Assembly (NCBI GenBank): GCA_045546075.1
Contig: JAZQCF010000001.1
Location: forward strand, 79,683-143,682
DNA: 64,000 bases
DNA from: Candidatus Enterousia sp.
GTDB taxonomy: Bacteria; Pseudomonadota; Alphaproteobacteria; Rs-D84
Direction: 5' to 3'
Part shown: one piece after another, positions 10,123 through 17,410 of the stretch
Layout of the letters: each line of letters starts with the position of its first letter
Position numbering within the stretch: position 1 is the stretch's first letter
Position numbers and translations under genes: made by a program
Notes under the pieces: model-generated
What the model was told of the DNA's origin: nothing
Database searches by the model: none
The model's input: the letters and a program-made list of their open reading frames with translations, nothing else

Positions 10123-11058
10123 TTACGCGTCTATTATATCATAATTATCCGGATTACTGAACAATTTTTTAAGCACCATATTATTCATCGCGTGACTGCC
10201 CTTATATGATTCCAAATTTCCAACAATAAACCCGCCCGATGTGAACATATCACCAATCGCATCTATTATTTTATGTCGCACAAATTCATCAGGCCAGAAA
10301 GTTTTGTTTAACGTCCCATCGCCTGCATCATTTAACGCAATAACATTATGTTCGTTTGCGCCGTGTGCCATCCCGTGTTTTTTCAGGTATTCCCATTCCC
10401 CATATTTACCAAATGTCCGTGCACGTGCAACATTTTTAACAAATTCATTTATTGACTTTTTTGTACCGTCATATTTATAAGAAAAATTTTGATACCCAAT
10501 AATTTTTTCACGATAAACCAACGTTGCAGATATATTCAGTGAATTTTTATCTGCCGGTGTCAATTTAACAAAACCATCTAATTTGCGCCCTGACAATAAA
10601 TTCATAAACCAAATTTTTATACGTGATAATTTTGGCAAAGATTTGAATATTTCGTGCGCGCCGACATAAATTGGTTTTCGTACAATAATTTTTTTCATTT
10701 TACCATCTGTCACACCAACCTTGGATATCGCATCATAAAATTCAATCGCACTGCCGTCCAGAATTGGTGTTTCCGGACCATCAATTTCAACAATCGCGCT
10801 GTCCACACCCACCATAAACATCGCCGCCATAAAGTGTTCTATTGTTTTTACATGCGCCCCATCCAAATTACCAATGGTTGTATTACGCATTTTTGTATCG
10901 CCAACATTGTCAAATTTTGCCGGTATTAAATCTTGCCCTAAATCCGTCCGCCGAAAAAATATTCCACACTTTTTTGATGGCCTAACAACCATATGCACCG
11001 GTGCACCCGAATGAATACCAACCCCGGAAAATTTAACAGTCTTTTTTATTGTCGGCAT
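10123..11058 (-). CDS. lpxC: UDP-3-O-acyl-N-acetylglucosamine deacetylase
   Basis: MPTIKKTVKFSGVGIHSG N-terminus and the HKIIDAIGD zinc-site motif. Length 311 aa. Confidence 0.95.
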   Translation of the reverse strand: MPTIKKTVKFSGVGIHSGAPVHMVVRPSKKCGIFFRRTDLGQDLIPAKFDNVGDTKMRNTTIGNLDGAHVKTIEHFMAAMFMVGVDSAIVEIDGPETPILDGSAIEFYDAISKVGVTDGKMKKIIVRKPIYVGAHEIFKSLPKLSRIKIWFMNLLSGRKLDGFVKLTPADKNSLNISATLVYREKIIGYQNFSYKYDGTKKSINEFVKNVARARTFGKYGEWEYLKKHGMAHGANEHNVIALNDAGDGTLNKTFWPDEFVRHKIIDAIGDMFTSGGFIVGNLESYKGSHAMNNMVLKKLFSNPDNYDIIDA

Positions 11059-11956
11059 TTAATTTCTCCTTTAACCAATCAAAGAATTTTTCTTCTATAA
11101 TTGTTTCCAACTTGACACATTTTATTTTTTCACGCGCATTTTCTGGTAACCGCATCCAGTCTTTTTCTGTCGTAACCAGTTTCGCTTTTTTTCTTTCCGC
11201 CAATTTCAATAAATTATCTATATCACGGTCAGTATATTGATAATGGTCCCCAAATGCGCGCCGTGCAACAACGTTTGGTAATGACCGAAAGAATTTTTTT
11301 GGGTAACCAATTCCCGCAAACGCAACAATTCGGTCAAATCGTCCCGCCGGCATAATATTTCTGTTTTTTGCGTAAAATATCGGCACGTCATCTGGTAATT
11401 TTGGCTTTCTTTTAACATTATCACGCCGCACAACAATTATTGCATCCGCCCGATGCACGTGTTTTTTGGGTTCACGCAGCGGCCCCGCCGGTAACAAAAA
11501 ACCATTTCCAAAACCCAAACCTTCATCAATAACTATTATCGAAACATCTTTCTTAATAGACGGATTTTGTAAACCATCATCCATTAAAATTGGTTCATTT
11601 GATGCCTGGCGATTTAATAAAACAACATTGCTTTTTCTGTGTCCAACATGAACGGCGATTCCGTCATTCATTAACATCATTGCTTCATCCCCGATGTTAC
11701 CGGTTTTGGCACTGCGTTTATATCCACGCATAACAACGGGCACATCCAGCCTGTTCGCAATTACGCGCACAATCGGTGTTTTACCAACCCCACCGGCAAA
11801 GATTCCACCGACACATATAATTTTTCTGCGCGATTTATACGCGAATATTTTACGAAAACCGTAAACAATTCGCGAAAAAATATAATACACACCGGCAACC
11901 GGCAATAAAATAAATGCCAGCGGTGTTTTATGTAAAAACCACCAAGGTGTTTTCAT
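11033..11956 (-). CDS. lpxK: Tetraacyldisaccharide 4'-kinase
   Basis: P-loop GGIFAGGVGKTP, an N-terminal membrane helix, 307 aa, adjacent to lpxC. Confidence 0.9.
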   Translation of the reverse strand: MKTPWWFLHKTPLAFILLPVAGVYYIFSRIVYGFRKIFAYKSRRKIICVGGIFAGGVGKTPIVRVIANRLDVPVVMRGYKRSAKTGNIGDEAMMLMNDGIAVHVGHRKSNVVLLNRQASNEPILMDDGLQNPSIKKDVSIIVIDEGLGFGNGFLLPAGPLREPKKHVHRADAIIVVRRDNVKRKPKLPDDVPIFYAKNRNIMPAGRFDRIVAFAGIGYPKKFFRSLPNVVARRAFGDHYQYTDRDIDNLLKLAERKKAKLVTTEKDWMRLPENAREKIKCVKLETIIEEKFFDWLKEKLNADNKKDC

Positions 11957-11957
11957 T

Positions 11958-12737
11958 TTATCTGTACCTTTTGGTCATTTTTGGCGCGCGCCCTTCCCTT
12001 TTCAGGCGTTTGAATTCGGCCGTTTTCAAATCTTGTTCAACCACAAAATGGTTAAATTCTGCATCTAATTCGCGCAGTTGGTTAATCATAATATCTTCCA
12101 ACCGTTGGCGTTTTGCTTCAAATTCAACCGGTGATATTTTTGAATCTATATACATTGGTTCACCAACAACACATTTTATTTTTGTAAAAGGATAAACCAA
12201 CATATACCGGTCCCAGCGGTTTTGTAACCACACGTGGCGCGCCGAAAAACAAACCGGAATAATTGGTGCCCCGGTCATTTTTGCGAAATATAACGCACCA
12301 TCCTGAACGCGCAGCGACGGTCCACCCGGCCCATCGGGCGAAATACACAGTGAATGGTCCCCACGACGCAGAACCCGTACACCTTCGCGCAGAACGGATA
12401 TGCCGCCATTATGCGAACTGCCATAAATGGCGCGCAGACCGAATAAATGTTGTAATTTTGCCATCATTTTACCATCTTTGTGTCTTGACGCAATGGCATA
12501 GGATTTCATACCACCCAAACATACAATAGGCGACAACATCAAACTGCGCCCATGCCAAAATACAAAAATTGCAGGTTTATTATGAAACCGCTTAAAAGTC
12601 GCATAATTTACGATTTGTTTACGACTGGTAAAATATATAAACCAAATAATTGCGGCCATAATGCCGGCAATTAACCATTGGAACCCGGAAAAACCCAGTA
12701 TAGGTTCCCAAAATTTTTTCCATAACTTTCTAAACAT
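11958..12737 (-). CDS. DUF374 / lysophospholipid-acyltransferase-like protein (lipid A or Kdo locus associated)
   Basis: VFWHGRSLM ... ASRHKDGKMMA ... ISPDGPGGP pattern typical of DUF374. It is directly upstream of lpxK. Confidence 0.65.
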   Translation of the reverse strand: MFRKLWKKFWEPILGFSGFQWLIAGIMAAIIWFIYFTSRKQIVNYATFKRFHNKPAIFVFWHGRSLMLSPIVCLGGMKSYAIASRHKDGKMMAKLQHLFGLRAIYGSSHNGGISVLREGVRVLRRGDHSLCISPDGPGGPSLRVQDGALYFAKMTGAPIIPVCFSARHVWLQNRWDRYMLVYPFTKIKCVVGEPMYIDSKISPVEFEAKRQRLEDIMINQLRELDAEFNHFVVEQDLKTAEFKRLKREGRAPKMTKRYR

Positions 12738-12895
12738 AATGCTTAAATTCTAACAAGAAAATTCGCATATTTCAAGTCTGTATTGGGAATAAATCCCCAA
12801 AATAAAAACCGACAAAAACATAAAAAAATATTTAATATTATAAATTCTCTATACGGCGGAAATCGCGGTTTTATTGGCAAATATACAATTTTTAT

Positions 12896-12923
12896 TTGAC
12901 AAGTAATAAATATAGTATATAAT
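12896..12923 (+). promoter_or_regulatory. Sigma70-type promoter for tRNA-fMet
   Basis: TTGACA (12896-12901), 16-nt spacer, TATAAT (12918-12923), ending 12 nt before the mature tRNA 5' end. Confidence 0.65.
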
Positions 12924-12935
12924 ACCCCCTGTTAT

Positions 12936-13012
<77 letters not shown>

Positions 13013-13026
13013 AGATTTAACAAAAG

Positions 13027-13048
13027 ACATCCCTTGTGGATGTTTTTT
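13027..13048 (+). terminator. Intrinsic terminator after tRNA-fMet
   Basis: ACATCC-CTTGT-GGATGT followed by TTTTT. Confidence 0.7.
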
Positions 13049-13057
13049 GTTAAATAT

Positions 13058-13529
13058 GTGTGTTGTGTTGGATTTGAACCACCGAATAAAGGTGGTTCAG
13101 TGCAAGGATTAGGCGATTGGAAAGCGCCGGTTTGCGCGTCGCGCAAAAATCCGCAGCCAATGAAGCAAAGCGAAATAAATCCATCCCCCGCAACCAGTTT
13201 TAATAAAAAATGTGCCCCTGTGGCGCATTTTTTATTTAAAGTGTGTTGTGTTGGGTTTGAACCACCGAGGCAAGGTGGTTCACCACAAGCGAAAGCCGGA
13301 CGGAAGTACGGCGGTCAACCAATGGTTGATGAGCGCAGTTGGCGCGAAAATTTTATTTTCGCGAAATCCATCCAACCTAAATTTCGAATAACTACAAATT
13401 TGCGCGCAGCCGGCACATAATGTACCGCGCGAGCGACAACAAGTAGATTTTGGGAAGCGCAGCGCAGCAAAATCGCTATGGTTGCCCAGCAGACACCAAT
13501 GGTGTCGATGGAAATCCATCCCCCCGCCA
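13058..13529 (+). repeat. Tandem copies of the tRNA-fMet 3' end with associated hairpins (att-like scars)
   Basis: AAATCCATCCCCCGCAACCA (12993-13012) recurs perfectly at 13177-13196, in degenerate form at 13364-13377, and near-perfectly at 13512-13529. Homologous units GTGTGTTGTGTTGG(A/G)TTTGAACCACC-N7-GGTGGTTCA lie at 13058-13099 and 13241-13281. A second terminator lies at 13210-13233. Confidence 0.8.
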
Positions 13530-13622
13530 AAACAAAAAAAATCGAATATATTTATATATAAATATATTATTTACTTGCGTTGATTTTTTCTATTTTGCTA
13601 AGATTTTTTTAACCGAGGATAT

Positions 13623-14798
13623 ATGCAGGCAATTAAACGGATAATTTTTACCGTATTTTTACTTATTGTGGTACTTTTCCGCGCCCCGGCCTATGCAGAA
13701 GATGAAAATAATTTCGAAGCAAAATTTACATTTACCGTGAATGTGACAAGTACACGAAATAATACAACCTTATTCAAATTGGCATCAACTGGAACTTTCT
13801 ATATTGATTACGGTGATGGTTCAACCGGAACAATAAACTCAACATCAACAAATCAACAAACAATTTCACATCGTTATACAACAACCGGAACCAAAACAAT
13901 CAAACTTGGTGGACTTGCCACAGGTTATTCAACCGGCAGTGAAGAATCAGATTCATCTATACTTTTCGCAGATAATACTTATATAACCGGAATTTCCGGG
14001 TCATTGGGTCAAATATTCCCGACACTTGAAAACGGTTCACAACCATTGTTCAAGGCAACATTTGCCGAATGCACAAACCTGGCAGGGTCAATTCCAGCTG
14101 AATTGTTTGACGGTATAACCGGTCAACCACGCGCAGAAATGTTCCGCTCTTTGTTTTGGAACGACAAAAAATTAACCGGTTCTATTCCAGGTGAATTATT
14201 TTCCGGATTATCCGGCACCCCAACAAGTAATTTATTTTATGGTGTATTTTATTATTGCAGCGGTCTTACTGGTTCTATTCCCGGTGAATTGTTTGCTGGT
14301 ATTGTCGGAAACCAACAGGAACGATTATTCCAAAATACATTCAATTACTGTTCTAAACTTTCCGGTTTTATTCCACCAGAATTATTTGCCGGTATAAATA
14401 AAACCCCGGCTGTTACAGGGACAAACGGCGCATTTACAAATGTTTTTGCAAATACAACCAACATGTCTACAACATGCCCGACAAATTACAAAAAATACAC
14501 AACCGGTTTTGAAAATTATTTTAACAGTCGTGTTTCGTGCGAGCCAGATGTTTCGTGTTCAACGGGTTATGCGGCATATGGTGCAAGTTGTTATAAAACT
14601 TGTTCATTTGGTAAAAAATTTATGGTTTCAACCGGACTTAGTTTCGATGTATTTGGTGAACCCGAACCATCGGGAAATCCATCTATGCATATAAAACTGG
14701 GCGACACAGAATGTTATGTATTTTCAAAACCCGGCAGTGGCAGTTTCAATTTCAAATACACCGATGGAAAAACATATCATTTGGTTGGCGCAAATTAA
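13623..14798 (+). CDS. Secreted BspA-like leucine-rich-repeat protein with a Cys-rich C-terminus
   Basis: Signal peptide ending APAYA/ED. There are 4-5 repeats of ~29-30 aa of the form F..F..C..L(T/A/S)GSIP.ELF.G..G. The repeats are also similar at the DNA level (for example 14173-14215 versus 14263-14305). Confidence 0.6.
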   Translation: MQAIKRIIFTVFLLIVVLFRAPAYAEDENNFEAKFTFTVNVTSTRNNTTLFKLASTGTFYIDYGDGSTGTINSTSTNQQTISHRYTTTGTKTIKLGGLATGYSTGSEESDSSILFADNTYITGISGSLGQIFPTLENGSQPLFKATFAECTNLAGSIPAELFDGITGQPRAEMFRSLFWNDKKLTGSIPGELFSGLSGTPTSNLFYGVFYYCSGLTGSIPGELFAGIVGNQQERLFQNTFNYCSKLSGFIPPELFAGINKTPAVTGTNGAFTNVFANTTNMSTTCPTNYKKYTTGFENYFNSRVSCEPDVSCSTGYAAYGASCYKTCSFGKKFMVSTGLSFDVFGEPEPSGNPSMHIKLGDTECYVFSKPGSGSFNFKYTDGKTYHLVGAN

Positions 14799-15874
14799 TT
14801 ATTAAACAAGAAATGGCAAATATCACCTTCTTGCATAACATAGTCACGTCCAACCAGGCGCATTTTACCGGCCTCTTTTACCGCGACTTCGCCACCATAT
14901 TTTATATAATCATCTGGGGAAATAACCTCGGCCCGGATAAAACCCTTTTCAAAATCTGTATGGATTTTTCCGGCCGCCATTGGCGCGGTCATACCGCGTG
15001 TAATTGTCCACGCGTGCGCTTCTTTGGGACCAACGGTATAGAAAGTTTGCAGGCCCAATGTTTCATATCCGGTTTTTATCACTTGCTCTAACCCGGAATG
15101 AGATAAACCCAAATCATCCAAGAATATTTTGCGTTCCGCCGGATCAACAATCTGCGCAATTTCCATTTCGATTTTTCCAGAAATAATCAAAACAGGGTTT
15201 TTATCACCAAATTTTTCTTTAACCGTATTTGAGTATTTATTTCCGGTGGCGGCCGCGGCCTCGTCCACATTACATACATAAATAACCGGTTTTGCGGTTA
15301 ATAAGTTAAACGGTTTTGTATCAACCATTGAATTCCGCGCCGGAACAGATTTTTCCAAGTTTTCTTTGATTATATTTGCATCCGCCAGTAATTTTATTGC
15401 GGTTTTATCCAACCCGTGTGCTTTTTTTTCCAGGTTTTTAATCTGTTTCACCAGGCTTTCCAAATCCGCCAACATTAATTCTGTTTCAATCGTTTCAATA
15501 TCACTAATTGGATCTATACGGCCATCAACATGAACAATATCATTATTTTCAAAACAACGAACAACGTGAATAATCGCATCTGTTTCCAAAATATTGCCTA
15601 AAAATTTATTTCCCAATCCTTCTCCGTTTGATGCCCCCCGCACCAGGCCCGCAATATCAACAATTTCCAACTGGGTCGGTATAATTTTTGCAGAATTATC
15701 AACCGCCGCCAATTTATGCAATGTTTCATCCGGCACAACAACACGTCCGGTATTTGGCTCGATAGTACAAAACGGATAATTTTGCGCATCCGCCGCGGCA
15801 CTTTGCGTCAATGCATTAAACAGTGTGGATTTTCCCACATTTGGCAAACCAACAATTCCACAATTGAAACCCAT
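14795..15874 (-). CDS. ychF: Ribosome-binding ATPase YchF
   Basis: MGFNCGIVGLPNVGKSTLFNALT, 359 aa, with a C-terminal YchF/TGS-type region. Confidence 0.95.
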   Translation of the reverse strand: MGFNCGIVGLPNVGKSTLFNALTQSAAADAQNYPFCTIEPNTGRVVVPDETLHKLAAVDNSAKIIPTQLEIVDIAGLVRGASNGEGLGNKFLGNILETDAIIHVVRCFENNDIVHVDGRIDPISDIETIETELMLADLESLVKQIKNLEKKAHGLDKTAIKLLADANIIKENLEKSVPARNSMVDTKPFNLLTAKPVIYVCNVDEAAAATGNKYSNTVKEKFGDKNPVLIISGKIEMEIAQIVDPAERKIFLDDLGLSHSGLEQVIKTGYETLGLQTFYTVGPKEAHAWTITRGMTAPMAAGKIHTDFEKGFIRAEVISPDDYIKYGGEVAVKEAGKMRLVGRDYVMQEGDICHFLFNN

Positions 15875-15901
15875 AACAAAATCCTTTATAATATATATAA
15901 T

Positions 15902-16588
15902 ATGTCATACATGTGGGACGAATTCAATATAAAAACATTCCCCGCGGAAACACTTGTTTACCGCGATGGTGTTTTTCAACCGGAAATTTCAACTTTACCG
16001 GAATTAAAAAAAATATCTAAAAAATACGATTTACCAATACATATTATATATGTTGGAAAAATAACCGGGAAAAACACATTAAATATTGAATTAAATACAC
16101 CAAACCAACCGGTATTTTTAAGTATAAATGTAAAAAATAATTTGCCGGCTTTTTTGAACATTTTTATCAAAAATGCCGGGAAAAATTCTGTAATTCGTGG
16201 TCATATTATGGTAAAAAATTCATCCAAATTGGATGTAAATATATTGGCGGAACACCAAAAACCAAACACCGGTATTTTATTACAAACAAAAATAATTGGT
16301 GAAAAAGACAGTATTTCAAAAATTTCTGGTACCGCGGTAATAGGTAAAAATTGCGAAAACACACAATCTGATATTAAATTTGCGGGTTTTTCAACCGACA
16401 TCAGCGCAAAAATATCATTTACACCATCACAAAGAATATCATCTGTCCCTGAATTTGCCGAACACAGTGCATATATGTTTCATATAACCCCGCCCCAAGA
16501 AACATACCTGCGTGAATCGGGTCTGTCGGGTCCAGAAGTTAAAAAGATTATGAGTGACGCATTTATTAACGATTTTGATTTATTCTAG
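15902..16588 (+). CDS. Short stand-alone SufD/SufB-like beta-helix protein (228 aa)
   Basis: The C-terminal end ...YLRESGLSGPEVKKIMSDAFINDF resembles the SufB/SufD terminus (..FYL.sRGi..eA..ll..gF). I placed the start at MSYMWDEF, because the ORF-track start at 15716 would overlap ychF. Confidence 0.45.
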   Translation: MSYMWDEFNIKTFPAETLVYRDGVFQPEISTLPELKKISKKYDLPIHIIYVGKITGKNTLNIELNTPNQPVFLSINVKNNLPAFLNIFIKNAGKNSVIRGHIMVKNSSKLDVNILAEHQKPNTGILLQTKIIGEKDSISKISGTAVIGKNCENTQSDIKFAGFSTDISAKISFTPSQRISSVPEFAEHSAYMFHITPPQETYLRESGLSGPEVKKIMSDAFINDFDLF

Positions 16589-16655
16589 GGTTATATAAAA
16601 AATACGGCATTCAAATACAAGAATACCGCAAGTTAAAAATAGGAAAATACGGGGT

Positions 16656-16790
16656 TTATTTTCTCTTAAAACCCTGTTTAGCCTTAAACTTAGGATTATC
16701 AGGATCAATCAGGACAACCTGTTTACCACGACGAACCTGTTTGATATTCCCGCGTTTCTTCCATGCCTTTAACGAACTTAAAAATTTCAT
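16656..16790 (-). CDS. rpmJ: 50S ribosomal protein L36 (44 aa, not in the ORF track)
   Basis: Hand translation gives MKFLSSLKAWKKRGNIKQVRRGKQVVLIDPDNPKFKAKQGFKRK*. This matches the alphaproteobacterial/type-B L36 pattern MK..SLK..K.R.....VRRKG...VI....PRFKA.QG. Confidence 0.85.
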   Translation of the reverse strand: MKFLSSLKAWKKRGNIKQVRRGKQVVLIDPDNPKFKAKQGFKRK

Positions 16791-16876
16791 ATCAATATCC
16801 TTTTTGCCTTGGCATTATAAACACTTTTTAACAAAAATCAAATAATATATTAATATTTTATTGTTGTTGTTTATCC

Positions 16877-17061
16877 TGTTGAAATTGTTGAAAAATGGTT
16901 TTTAACAAAGTTTTCAACAAAAATATCCAATTTTTCCGGTATTTTTATCAAAATTGTTGAAAAATGCCGGCTGTTGAAAACCTGTTAAAAAAAACATAAG
17001 TTTTCAACAATTTCAACAATTTTACGTTTTTGTTTTTTATGCTTGTTGAAAATTGTTGAAA
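16877..17061. promoter_or_regulatory. Array of nine TGTTGAAA / TTTCAACA 8-mers (operator- or iteron-like)
   Basis: Forward copies start at 16877, 16886, 16955, 16972, 17044 and 17054. Reverse copies start at 16912, 17002 and 17011. Degenerate copies also occur. Three doublets have 9-10-bp spacing. The array lies in the rpmJ / virB3 divergent intergenic region. Confidence 0.6.
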
Positions 17062-17071
17062 TTGTTATAAT
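17043..17071 (+). promoter_or_regulatory. Candidate virB3-virB4 promoter
   Basis: TTGTTG (17043-17048), 17-nt spacer, extended -10 TGTTATAAT (17063-17071). AAGGAGG SD at 17085-17091. The -35 and spacer overlap two TGTTGAAA motifs. Confidence 0.45.
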
Positions 17072-17104
17072 AAATAAAGTCCATAAGGAGGGAAGTTTTA
17101 TAAA

Positions 17105-17410
17105 ATGAAACAACAGGTGCTGAAAGCTTTGGCGAATCCTTCGCATTTGTTTTATGTGCCATATACTTTGGCGGTGCTGAACTTTATGATTCAGTTCATT
17201 ATTTTTACTGTCCTGTTTATAATTGGAATATTTGTACTTGGCACCGATAAAGTGAATGATTACCTGAATCCGCTGTATTTTTTAATATCTGTTGTTATTG
17301 TTCATATGATTTTGGCAACATTTTCAAAGCGCGATGCACAACTGGGCCAGATTTTAATTGCGAAAATAAAAATGATTAAAGACAGAATTCCACGGAGATT
17401 ACCCGCATGA
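17105..17410 (+). CDS. virB3: Type IV secretion system protein VirB3
   Basis: 101 aa with two TM helices and a VirB3-like N-terminus (LANPSHLFYVPYTLAVLN). The stop overlaps the virB4 start as ATGA. Confidence 0.8.
   Translation: MKQQVLKALANPSHLFYVPYTLAVLNFMIQFIIFTVLFIIGIFVLGTDKVNDYLNPLYFLISVVIVHMILATFSKRDAQLGQILIAKIKMIKDRIPRRLPA

Noticed and set aside
13020-13540. The repeated tRNA-like 3' ends ending in CCA suggested a permuted two-piece alphaproteobacterial tmRNA (ssrA).
   Set aside because: I could not find a resume codon and tag reading frame ending in the usual ...(L/V)AA-stop. The 20-nt copies lack a paired T-stem or acceptor partner. The candidate coding-like 27-mer also occurs next to tRNA-Thr, so it is a repeat.
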